From contig JAKMXF010000300.1 of assembly GCA_024704765.1 (NCBI GenBank), positions 186,001-250,000 of the forward strand: a DNA stretch of 64,000 bases, written 5' to 3'. Below the pieces are notes generated by a model, which saw nothing but the letters and a program-made list of their open reading frames with translations, was not told the origin of the DNA and made no database searches. A program made the position numbers and the translations under genes. Position 1 is the stretch's first letter, and each line of letters opens with the position of its first letter. This DNA comes from Oopsacas minuta (lineage: Eukaryota; Animalia; Porifera). Of this stretch, positions 46,829 through 56,601 are shown one piece after another.

Positions 46829-47671
46829 TTACAGTATTATCAACATATTGATCTTTGATTGTTGTGTTGATATTATCCTGTTTGTTTTATCAATTGCAAT
46901 TCCAACAACTCGCTCTTGAAACCCATATTTAGAACCAAATGTCTTTATAATTTCTCCATTCCGGCCAAATACCCTCACAAAACGATTCTCAACATCTGTA
47001 ATTAGCATGTTATCCCTCTGGTCGATATCAAAACTAAATGGTCTCCATATTTGACCATTCCTCCCTCTTGTAACAATTCTACTAATGAACTCTCCGTCTT
47101 TGCTAAAAAATCCTACACAAGGACTGAGATTATCCAGTACGATAATCATTTCTTTGTGTATTTTAATCGCGTGTGGCCAGTGTGTCTGTATCCGGCCTAA
47201 AACTACTGAAAAGAACGGTCGCTCTTGTGTTGTAACTAAAACTTGATTGCCAATACAATTAGCCACGTATATACTATCATCTTCGTCTACTGCTATACCC
47301 GTAGGGCCGTTCAGATAAATGTTACTACCTTCATAATATCGGTTTTTTATTTGTGTGATGTAATAACCCTCGATTGTAAATAGAATAATCGCGTTTGCAA
47401 ACGGATCAGTTATGAGAACGAACTGGTGATGAACGAAAATACATTTTGGTCCAATAAGCAAATAATTTATAATTTTAGTGAATTCAAACAAATATTCGCC
47501 TGTTTGTGTGAATACGTTCACGTTTTTCTTCTCTTTATCTACTATGTATATGTTTTGACTCTCAGGATCTGATGCTAAACATTGGGGTGTGAACAACTCC
47601 CCTTGGTCTCTTCCCTTTGAGATACATTTTATTTTGGGACGAGATATGGATTTGTATTCTCTTATAGACAT
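46829..47671 (-). CDS. Stand-alone NHL-repeat beta-propeller protein
   Basis: Repeated P.GIA.D, IYIVD, LITD....V.VF blades. First ATG at 47671; the track start at 47704 is TTG. No RING or B-box. Confidence 0.8.
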   Translation of the reverse strand: MSIREYKSISRPKIKCISKGRDQGELFTPQCLASDPESQNIYIVDKEKKNVNVFTQTGEYLFEFTKIINYLLIGPKCIFVHHQFVLITDPFANAIILFTIEGYYITQIKNRYYEGSNIYLNGPTGIAVDEDDSIYVANCIGNQVLVTTQERPFFSVVLGRIQTHWPHAIKIHKEMIIVLDNLSPCVGFFSKDGEFISRIVTRGRNGQIWRPFSFDIDQRDNMLITDVENRFVRVFGRNGEIIKTFGSKYGFQERVVGIAIDKTNRIISTQQSKINMLIIL

Positions 47672-47921
47672 TTCATTTGGTAGAGTGCTGCTACACGAGT
47701 TCAACTTACAAAGGTAGGCCTCTGGAAGAATTACAAGCTAATAGATTATTAATGTATTTATACGTACACGAAAATTTACTACAAACTTTTGTGGGAGAAG
47801 TAGACTAATTATTTATTCGTATTATGTTACAACTTACAGAGATGAATTTATAATTTTATTCACCGCTAAAATTATTTTCAAATTAGTATTCAATTGTTTC
47901 TATTACCACACATTACTAGCT

Positions 47922-48569
47922 ATGGCTAGTTCAGATAATTTGACAGTTTCCGATCAACTCGAGATGATAACCTCGAAATACAAATCTATGAAATCACTAA
48001 ATTGTGAATGGAAGTTCGTTGGAGATTGGTTGAAATTTGGTATTCAACACTACTCAGATATCACAGGTACAGAGAGGACGTATGAATTAGTTCAAAGGAC
48101 AACTAGAACACATAGTAAAGGTGTTGATGGAGTTGATACGATTGCAATTAGAACCAATCCAGATGGACAAAAGACAATAATATTAGTTGCAGTGTATCGT
48201 GCTCCTGTGGGAAAATTGGTTCTTGAGTTTCCAGCTGGATTAGTTGATAAAGGAGAGGAGTTAGAACAATCTGCTCATAGAGAACTCAAAGAAGAAACAG
48301 GAGAGAGTGGTAAAATAATCGCAAAATCAAAACCAACATTTGCTGATCCTTGGAAAAGCGATGAAACTTCAGTAGCTTTCACCATGGAATTGAATGATAG
48401 CAAAAAAGGTACTAGCACGAAGTTAGATGAAGACGAATTTCTCTCAAAATTAGAAGTTCCATTTGATAATCTACTTGCTACGTTAGAAATGGCACAAGAT
48501 AAATTTGATCTTGGTGTTGAATCTAAACTCTATACATTTGCATTAGGATTACAACTAGCTAAATCATAA
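47922..48569 (+). CDS. NUDT5: Nudix hydrolase, ADP-sugar pyrophosphatase-like
   Basis: Nudix box EFPAGLVDKGEELEQSAHRELKEETG; W......Y.D..G..RTYE.V.RT and LYTFALGL. Confidence 0.85.
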   Translation: MASSDNLTVSDQLEMITSKYKSMKSLNCEWKFVGDWLKFGIQHYSDITGTERTYELVQRTTRTHSKGVDGVDTIAIRTNPDGQKTIILVAVYRAPVGKLVLEFPAGLVDKGEELEQSAHRELKEETGESGKIIAKSKPTFADPWKSDETSVAFTMELNDSKKGTSTKLDEDEFLSKLEVPFDNLLATLEMAQDKFDLGVESKLYTFALGLQLAKS

Positions 48570-48746
48570 TATTAGCTGGTAGATATTTTCTTTGACTTCG
48601 TTATAATTAAGTGATTAGGACTCGTGTTTCATTTCATTGTAAGCGGCGTAAGGCCAATTACTTTCAAGCTACACAGGGAGTCAAGAATCACTTGTTATAA
48701 CGGGAATTTACTGCATATATTTGTCATCAATTAGATTATTATTTGC

Positions 48747-50291
48747 ATGTCACTTTTCACCAATATCAAACAAAGTAGGTTTGGTATTCCTCACACTTCT
48801 ATAGAGAATAGTAACGGTCTGATAGAGAAGCTAAACTCAAATATATCCCAAACTCATTCACTCACTAATGATGAAACAGGTCTCCCAACTTCACCAAATG
48901 CGGTTTGCTACTCGTATGATGATACAGGGTATATCTCAATTGGTAGTGAAGATGGAGAAGTAAACATTTACGATACACTTCATAATAAACCACTAATCGC
49001 ATGGTCTCCACACAAAAATGCCATACTAGATTTATTATGGGTTCCTTATGTGCCTAAGATAATCACTTGCTCAGTTGATAGAACTGTAATAGTATCAGAT
49101 GCGTGGAGAGGAAAATCTGAAGTATCGTTTGTAGGACATACGAATAGTGTACGGTGTGTAGATCTGAGTAGAGATAATCCTACTGCATTTGCTACAGGAG
49201 GGAGAGATGGCCAAGTAATGCTATGGGATATACGGTATGCAAGGAGAGAGTGTTGTGCTTTCCATCCAATTAATGTAATAGATTCGTTTAAGAAGGAAAC
49301 TACTGAGACTAAACATCATGTTAAAGTAACTTCAGTCAAGTTTATTGGAGATAGAAAGCTAGCTACATGTGCGGATGCTTCTGACGTCATAAAAGTATGG
49401 GACACACGACGTACGTATACGAACTACAAACGTGATCCGTTACCATGGCGCACTCTCCACCCAGCATTCAATCATGCTATAAATAGGGGTTACACATGTT
49501 TGTGTGCAGATGAAGGTTGTACTAGTCTGTATGCTAGTGAGATTAATGGAGTTATTAGAAGGTTTAGTTTGGATTTTAGCTCTAGCTGTGAACAAGGGAA
49601 TTATTATGGACATGAAGGGGGAAGTTTTTATATTCGAAGTTGTTTGAGTCCGGATGGGAAATGGTTGTTGTCTGGTTCTTTAGATGGTAAAGCGCATTTG
49701 TGGGATGTTACCAAGCCTGGTGATCATTTGTACACTTTGGAATGTGGAAGTTCTAGTGAGATTCTCTCAGTAGCATGGTCTCCTTTTAGTATTGACAACT
49801 TGGTGACGTGTTCTGATGGGGATATCACTTTTTGGAATATGAAAATTGTTCCAAAATCAGAGAAAGATAAATCATATAAAATCAAGAAGAATGAAGGAAA
49901 AGTAAAAAGAACGAGAATTCAAAGAAATGTTTATGATATGAACAAATTGAAATCCACTACTCTTGATAATTTCTTTACCAAACGCGAACGACAACCTGAT
50001 TCATTTGATTTATCATCTTCTCATATAATTGAAACACAAATAGATCAACTCAATGAAGCTGGAACACTATCTAGCTCTATGATAGAGGGGATGCAACATT
50101 TAACTGTAGAGAAACCACCAAATTCTGATACTATCAACACACTATCAGAACCTATAATTACCCAACAATCACTCACTAAACCGAAAGGAGAGAAAAGATA
50201 TTTACTGACAAATTATTTTCAACTGACTGGCAAGGGAATGAAGAGGAAACATTCAGAAGATAGCACAGATTTAGTATTGTTTGATACTTAG
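48747..50291 (+). CDS. DTL: Denticleless/CDT2 WD40 substrate receptor of CRL4
   Basis: PHKNAILDLLW, GHTNSVR, FATGGRDGQVMLWDIR, IKVWDTRR and SFYIRSCLSPDG.WLLSGS; C-terminal PIP-like motifs (TLDNFF, LLTNYF). Confidence 0.88.
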   Translation: MSLFTNIKQSRFGIPHTSIENSNGLIEKLNSNISQTHSLTNDETGLPTSPNAVCYSYDDTGYISIGSEDGEVNIYDTLHNKPLIAWSPHKNAILDLLWVPYVPKIITCSVDRTVIVSDAWRGKSEVSFVGHTNSVRCVDLSRDNPTAFATGGRDGQVMLWDIRYARRECCAFHPINVIDSFKKETTETKHHVKVTSVKFIGDRKLATCADASDVIKVWDTRRTYTNYKRDPLPWRTLHPAFNHAINRGYTCLCADEGCTSLYASEINGVIRRFSLDFSSSCEQGNYYGHEGGSFYIRSCLSPDGKWLLSGSLDGKAHLWDVTKPGDHLYTLECGSSSEILSVAWSPFSIDNLVTCSDGDITFWNMKIVPKSEKDKSYKIKKNEGKVKRTRIQRNVYDMNKLKSTTLDNFFTKRERQPDSFDLSSSHIIETQIDQLNEAGTLSSSMIEGMQHLTVEKPPNSDTINTLSEPIITQQSLTKPKGEKRYLLTNYFQLTGKGMKRKHSEDSTDLVLFDT

Positions 50292-50386
50292 AATGTTAGC
50301 CAAAATATCACTCAATTATTTATTTTCCAAGAATATATTTCAAAGTTATAGAAATAAGAGTTTATCATACAAATCTGTAAAATACA

Positions 50387-51427
50387 TTAAAATCCATGGA
50401 ATGAGACAGCACTATCATCTTCAGTAATATTCTATAAAAATATAAAATATAGTTTAATTGTGTACAATCGAGTCAAAATGGTCAGGTTTACCTTCCCAAG
50501 CCCACATTCCATGATTAGGATGAGAAATGTTCATTCTTAGATACCAACTATCATTGTAAGGCCATTCTTTCTTTGTATTACAGTCTAGCATTAACATAAT
50601 GCAGTTACAGATGTAGACTATTGTCATTTCTGGACGATAACCTTCATACAGTATTTCAAGACACATGTGACCGTTGCTGTATATGTGAGGATGCATTGGT
50701 ACATGGCCTGGAATAAATGTAATCTAATGGGAGGTAATTGTAATACATTTATCAGCAAACTTGTTGATACTTATACTATCAACTCCTGTTATATCGCAAG
50801 GATCCCTATGATTGGGTATATCAACGTATCCGCTTCGATATAACGAGAATTGACTATACTTAAACTCACTGTAGGTGCTTTAGAGGGATAATTTTCATTG
50901 AAAATAATTTTTAGTTTGAACTTTTCGCCATTATAGATGGTTTCTAAATAAATATACTAATAATAATATTGATACGACGTAAATCATTTAAGATTATTAT
51001 TTCTAACTACTTACCAACTGCTCCATCCATATCCACAATCCATCTACAGAGACGATATGAATAAACTTTTTTCTGAAACACACATATTTACTTACTCTTT
51101 GAGGTTAGATCCATCGAATGAAGGGTCCATTCTCATGTTACTAGGTGCGTCCTCGGTTAAATGCTTCAATTCTCTAATTATTCGTTGTTTACCCTGTAGT
51201 TTACTAATATCCGTTACTTCTTTTGTACGTGCACTACTGGTCTGTTTATCTACGATAATCTGAAAAACAAATACGTAATTACATACACATCTATATTATC
51301 TATGTATTTTACTCATCAGAATTTTGCTTACCTCGATTGGAGTAGTTTCTTTTACGCTATCCCTGTTGTAGCATTTTGGCAGAGATTTAGACTTAGATTT
51401 TGTAGTTTTGGACTCTACACAACCCAT
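50387..51427 (-). CDS. UBE2W-like ubiquitin-conjugating enzyme, paralog A, with N-terminal MGC extension, 6 exons, about 208 aa
   Basis: Exons 51427-51332, 51259-51096, 51043-51015, 50943-50870, 50723-50492 and 50418-50387 (last exon least certain), GT-AG with consistent phases. WIVDMDGA, YNGEKFKL.I.F..NYP, HPHIYSNGHMCLEIL (catalytic Cys). Confidence 0.8.
50774..50858. mobile_element. Pogo-like MITE, family A-related mini copy in intron 4 of UBE2W-like A
   Basis: TA-ctatcaactcctgttatatcg ... tcgatataacgagaattgacta-TA. Confidence 0.72.
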
Positions 51428-51864
51428 CAGGAGTATAAATTAAAATTTAAGGCTAGATAATAATAACGAATAGCTATAAATTAAAGCTCGATACATTACG
51501 AGTATTGTATATGCCACGAACAACTGTAATCTACAGTTTTTCAATCGGAGTATAAATTATCCTCTCTGTGCTAATGCTGGAAAGAATTCAGGCCTAATAA
51601 CTGCAGTCGGTAAGTACCGTTATTATTCAGATATATATAATCTAGATTATGTATAATAGCATTACGTTAGTATATATTTTGGGGTAAATACTTATCTTAC
51701 TACTGGAAATGTTCTAATTATAAAACTATCATATTGATGCTAATTAAAAAGGTTTATTCATTCCCTGATACACTAATTTTTAACATGCATATGAAACATA
51801 TGAAAAGATAATGAGATTGAACAACAGTAGAATCTTTTCCTTGATGGAGTTTGAAGGGAAACTA

Positions 51865-52665
51865 TTAGTATTCATCTAAATGAGAAGAATTTGATCATAT
51901 AAACAGGAATTACAAAAAAATTTAAATGAATGTACTCACCTTCATATATCCACGAAGTGTTTTTCGGATTTCTGTCTACCCTTCTTAAGCTGTAATATGA
52001 ATCTCCTCGTGGCACAACCTTATTTTTATTCTTATTTAGCATCTGTGTAACACAGAGACAAATGTATACAATTGTCATTTCCGGTCGATACCCTGCATAT
52101 AATATTTCTAAGCAGATATGTCCATTACTGTATATGTGTGGATGTACAGGAACATGACCTGATACGAACTTGACCTATAAAGCAGGAATTACGTTTATAT
52201 GATATTTTGTGAGTATTTACTTAAGGCTTACAATAGGGGAAACTTGAGGATAATTATCTGTGAATTCAAATTGAAGTTTGAACTTTTCACCTTCATACAT
52301 TGTACCTTGTATACCATTCATGTTCACTGTCCACCTACAAAAAGTAATTTGTTATACGATCGATTTCTCCTAAATAGCTACAGTGGAACCTCGTTAATAC
52401 GAACTCCAACGGATGATCAATATGTGTTCGCTTCACGAGTAATAACAACTCATTGAAGGGACCTGATTTTGTGTAAATATTGGTTCGTCTTATCTGGAAA
52501 TTCTTATTAACGAAGTTCCACTGTAATTTCTTACTTGAAAATATTGGAGTCATCCAAGTTCTCTAAGTTTATATGAGCAGGAGCAGAATTGATGAAATAT
52601 TTGAGTTCGTGATTTATCCTAGACGCTCCTGACAAACCACTTGCTGGGAAATCTATTTGTGCCAT
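51865..52665 (-). CDS. UBE2W-like ubiquitin-conjugating enzyme, paralog B, 4 exons, about 159 aa
   Basis: Exons 52665-52535, 52334-52232, 52174-51940 and 51875-51865. RINHELK, WTVNMNGIQGTMYEGEKFKLQFEF..NYP..SP, HPHIYSNGHICLEIL, NPKNTSWIYEDEY. Confidence 0.85.
52379..52525. mobile_element. Tigger-like MITE, family D, in intron 1 of UBE2W-like B
   Basis: TA-cagtggaacctcgttaata ... tattaacgaagttccactg-TA: 19-bp TIRs with 1 mismatch. Confidence 0.85.
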
Positions 52666-52777
52666 ATTATTCTCACAATTAAATTCTACTATTAGGGTTT
52701 ATATATCATTTCTGTGTGTTGTATAGAGATGATATGAATATTACGCAATTCAGTGTTAATATTAGTCACGTATTTTA

Positions 52778-52850
52778 TGCTAACTTATTTATACTCATTC
52801 AATCTTTTTTGCTAACTTATTTATATTCATTCAACTTTTTTTGCTAATTT
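52778..52850. repeat. 32-bp tandem repeat, about 2.3 copies
   Basis: Unit tgctaacttatttata(c/t)tcattcaa... starts at 52778, 52810 and 52842. Confidence 0.85.
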
Positions 52851-53424
52851 GTAATGCTCTAGTTTCACTACGTTATGTCGTTCAAACTGCCCTTTTGTCC
52901 TGTAGCAAACTGTCCGTGAGGCAGTGTAATAGTAGCGAAGCGTCCATATCAATACAATCTTCATAAGTATAGTAGAACCTCTACAAGTGGGAGGTTGGAC
53001 GACGAATCTCCTGATAACCCCCCCCACCATTCCCCATTTATACTTTCAGTACAAATGGCCTTTAAACAGAGATTTTTGGGTCAAAACTCCATATATTCTA
53101 TATAATTTCATATACAGGGTTGAATCATTATTGTGAGGAGTGAGGACACATATTGTATTCAGCTATTACAAGTCCATTGTGTTCTATTTCCATATTTTTT
53201 ACTGTGTAATCACAATTATTCAGCTTAGAGTAGGCACAGTATACTGATATCCTGTTTCTAAAAGATTGTTGATCAGGGTATATAGATAATGTTTGCATTT
53301 CAACTTGTCGAAACCTTTGTAGTATATGTACCTATTCACACTCAATAATGCATATTATCTGTAAACAGTTGAAATTGCAATCAACACTCAATTAATTTCC
53401 CAGAATTGGTCTTATGGTATATTC

Positions 53425-54612
53425 ATGATCGGAAAAAGTGGAAGATTATTTTCCTTTCGGAAGTTATATTGCTGTATATTTGCCATTTTTTTAATTTTAA
53501 GTGTCTTGTTGGTCATTTTACATATTCAATTCAGTCCATACAATTATAATTTGGCTACGATTCAGAAACATTATGAGGAAGAAACAGTTCAAAACGTGGC
53601 ATTAATCAAAGTTCATAAAGCAGCAAGTTCTACACTAGCTAATATCCTATTTCGCTATGGATTAGCAAATAATCTCACGTTTCTTTTACCTAAGAATGAA
53701 GAGCTTGCACAATTTTGGCCATACCCTATTACGTCATCAAACGTCATTCAAAACTGTCAGGATAAATTCAATATACTAAATGTTCATACTATATTCTCGG
53801 GACGAAGTAATATTAATTTATTCATGCTTTCTACTACCAAAATAATTGCCATTCTAAGACATCCAGCTACACAATTGAAATCTGGATTCAAATATTATGG
53901 AGTTTCGAGTATATACCCAGACGGAGCATTATCTTTCAATGAGTTTATTGATGATCCAGTTAGCCATCTTAAAAAGATGTATGAACTTAAAAATTTGTTA
54001 TGGAATGGTATGTCAGTTGACCTTGGATTAATGAACAATAAAAATATTCCATGGCTCATAACGAAGAGTGATATTATTTCTAATCACGTCCTGAGAACGT
54101 ATGTTTATGACTTTTTGACGTCGATAGAAGAATCAATTGATTTGATGCTTATATCAGAATATTTTGAGGAATCTCTAGTTCTTTTGAAGAGATTATTAAA
54201 TTGGAATTTGGAAGATATGGCATTTTTCTCGCTAAATAAAGCGGTGGAATCTGTCACGATTGACCAGTTTACAGATGCTGAGATGGACAAGATTATTGAA
54301 TGGAATTTTATCGATTATTTGCTGTACACACGAATGCTAAACAAACTTTTTCAACAAATATATTATTCTGATGTTGACATAAACAAAGATGTTATAGAGT
54401 TAAAATCAATAAATTCTTACTTCAAAGAATATTGTCTAGCGGAAGTTAAGATGGATCCAAGGTTATACGGAGCTGTCCCGATTCTAGGTTACAAATTGAA
54501 TAGAGAAGGGGAAATGGTTGAGAAATGCAAACTGATGACTACTACTGAACTGAAGAATATACGTGAAGCAAGGGCACATATGAAAGAGTTATGTAAATCT
54601 GGAACAGAATAA
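53425..54612 (+). CDS. GAL3ST: Galactose-3-O-sulfotransferase family, type II Golgi protein
   Basis: N-terminal TM, 5'-PSB motif LIKVHKAASSTLANILFRYG, ILRHP..QLKSGF.YY, DLMLISEYFEESLVLLKRLLNW and WN.ID..LY. Confidence 0.9.
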   Translation: MIGKSGRLFSFRKLYCCIFAIFLILSVLLVILHIQFSPYNYNLATIQKHYEEETVQNVALIKVHKAASSTLANILFRYGLANNLTFLLPKNEELAQFWPYPITSSNVIQNCQDKFNILNVHTIFSGRSNINLFMLSTTKIIAILRHPATQLKSGFKYYGVSSIYPDGALSFNEFIDDPVSHLKKMYELKNLLWNGMSVDLGLMNNKNIPWLITKSDIISNHVLRTYVYDFLTSIEESIDLMLISEYFEESLVLLKRLLNWNLEDMAFFSLNKAVESVTIDQFTDAEMDKIIEWNFIDYLLYTRMLNKLFQQIYYSDVDINKDVIELKSINSYFKEYCLAEVKMDPRLYGAVPILGYKLNREGEMVEKCKLMTTTELKNIREARAHMKELCKSGTE

Positions 54613-54721
54613 TATAATATTAGTCGTGTTGAGTCCAGATATATTATTGTAAACAACATTTCATAAATACTTCACTTTGGGGGACATAAAGTAAGCAGAT
54701 TTAAAGATTATGAGTTTATGT

Positions 54722-54796
54722 ACTCGAGGCCGTAGGCCCGAGTGTGGACACAAAGTGTTCGCAACCGCGTAACGCGAGCAAGCGAAGCGCGCTTGT
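54722..54796. other. GC-rich cluster of four consecutive mini-hairpins
   Basis: actcg(a)ggcc-GTA-ggcccgagt, gacac-AAA-gtgtt, cgcg-TAA-cgcg and caagcg...cgcttg containing GCGAAGC. Confidence 0.7.
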
Positions 54797-54825
54797 TAAT
54801 TAAAATATTTGAAAGTCAAACCTGT

Positions 54826-54981
54826 CAATAGCTGTCACTCATAAACGGGGCACTCCTAAAAACTGAGTGAAAAATAAATAGAGCGAATTCCTAGTCCCAT
54901 ACAAATGAACCTTCGCAAACGAGGAAACTGGGTAGCATTTTTTGGCGTCCCTAGCACCCTGTTACTGGAGGTTATACTGTA
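54826..54981. mobile_element. Pogo-like MITE, family B
   Basis: Aligns with 5765-5919 (aaacgggg...agagcgaattccta.tcccata.aaatga...ggtagcattttt); right end ggaggttatactg-TA; left end eroded. Confidence 0.68.
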
Positions 54982-55125
54982 TTAGTAGCCGTACTACAGT
55001 TTACTGTAGTGCCACTGAATGTTTCCCCCAATTTCTTATTAATTGTAACACAACCTCAATAATAGTATACGTACTAAATAAGAATTTTAATTTCACTGTC
55101 TGTACGCATAATAGCACATAATTCG

Positions 55126-56352
55126 ATGGCTTTTATCTCAGCAAACAAGAAGTTGTTAGCAGCCGCAGCTGCAACAGGTACCTTAGTGGCTGGCTATGTC
55201 CTCACCAGAGACGGGAAGACTCCCATTGTAGCAGGGGTCACTGCGTATTCTCGCTTCCCTCCATCAGCTGATTTTCCTGATCTGACTAAGCATAACAACC
55301 ACATGTCTAAGGTCCTGACCCCTAAGATTTACGCTAAGCTACGGGATAAACGTACACCCAGTGGCTTTACACTTGATGCTGTGATTCAAACAGGTATTGA
55401 CAACCCAGGACATCCTTTCATTATGACTGTAGGCTGTGTAGCTGGTGATGAAGAGAGCTATGAAACTTTCAAAGATCTGCTTGATCCGGTTATATCAGAT
55501 AGACATGGTGGGTATGCTCCTAATGCTAAACATCCAACTGATCTAGACAGCAGCAAGATACGAGGTGGTAATTTTGATGAAAAGTATGTACTAAGTTCTC
55601 GTGTACGTACTGGTAGGAGTATCCGTGGTTTTGGGCTACCGCCGCATTGCACACGCGCGGAACGTCGTGAGGTAGAGAAGATCGTGTCTGGTGCTGTGGA
55701 TAAGTTGGAAGGAGATCTGAAAGGTGTTTACTATCCTCTAAACAAGATGAGCGATGCTGATCAGGATAAACTCATCAATGACCATTTCCTATTCGATAAA
55801 CCGGTTTCTCCTCTTCTGCTCGCTTCCGGCATGGCTAGGGATTGGCCTGACGGACGCGGAATTTGGCACAACAAAGAGAAGAACTTTCTCGTTTGGGTTA
55901 ACGAGGAAGATCACACACGAGTCATCTCCATGCAGCAAGGAGGAAACATCAAACAAGTGTTTGATAGATTCTGTAGCGGTTTGAAACAGATAGAAGATAT
56001 TATGAAGAAGGATGGTAATGAATACATGTGGAATGAACACTTAGGGTATATCCTAACTTGTCCTTCTAATCTTGGGACAGGGCTAAGAGCAGGTGTACAC
56101 ATCAAAATTCCCAAGTTTAGCAAACATCCTAAGTTTGAAGAGGCACTGAAGAAGATGCGTCTACAGAAGAGAGGGACAGGGGGTGTTGACACAGCAGCTG
56201 TAGGAGGGACGTTTGATATCAGTAATTCTGATAGGTTAGGGAAATCTGAAGTTGAATTGGTGCAGACACTGATTGATGGTATTGATCGTATTGTGGAGAT
56301 GGAGAAAGCTCTCGAGAAAGGACAGAGTATTGACGATATGCTGCCCAAGTAG
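55126..56352 (+). CDS. CKMT: Creatine kinase, mitochondrial type
   Basis: N-terminal basic/hydrophobic leader, [23 protein letters not shown] and GGVDTAA (creatine-specificity loops), NEEDH, and [16 protein letters not shown]; intronless. Confidence 0.9.
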   Translation: MAFISANKKLLAAAAATGTLVAGYVLTRDGKTPIVAGVTAYSRFPPSADFPDLTKHNNHMSKVLTPKIYAKLRDKRTPSGFTLDAVIQTGIDNPGHPFIMTVGCVAGDEESYETFKDLLDPVISDRHGGYAPNAKHPTDLDSSKIRGGNFDEKYVLSSRVRTGRSIRGFGLPPHCTRAERREVEKIVSGAVDKLEGDLKGVYYPLNKMSDADQDKLINDHFLFDKPVSPLLLASGMARDWPDGRGIWHNKEKNFLVWVNEEDHTRVISMQQGGNIKQVFDRFCSGLKQIEDIMKKDGNEYMWNEHLGYILTCPSNLGTGLRAGVHIKIPKFSKHPKFEEALKKMRLQKRGTGGVDTAAVGGTFDISNSDRLGKSEVELVQTLIDGIDRIVEMEKALEKGQSIDDMLPK

Positions 56353-56520
56353 ATTCATAGTTCCCTTATTACTTTATAATATTGTTAGGCTATTTATAAG
56401 ACTTATTTGATACGAAATTTTTCGAATTATAATCACTTTCTAGTTTGCATAACTACAAAATTTATGTAATTCATTTCATTCACTGTCTATTTTGTAAACT
56501 CAGCTGTTCAGTTCAGTACT

Positions 56521-56567
56521 TATTGTATCGCTCGTATTGTATCGCTTGTATTGTATCGCTTATATTG
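56521..56567. repeat. 14-bp tandem repeat, about 3.4 copies, upstream of THOC1
   Basis: tattgtatcgctcg / tattgtatcgcttg / tattgtatcgctta / tattg. Confidence 0.9.
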
Positions 56568-56601
56568 ATCTTCTACTATGCTAGGTATCTTGTAAATTGA
56601 A

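Noticed and set aside
51540-51625. Strong GTAAGT donor on the + strand between the UBE2W-like paralogs
   Set aside because: No ORF or downstream exon could be linked; might be non-coding but is unsupported.
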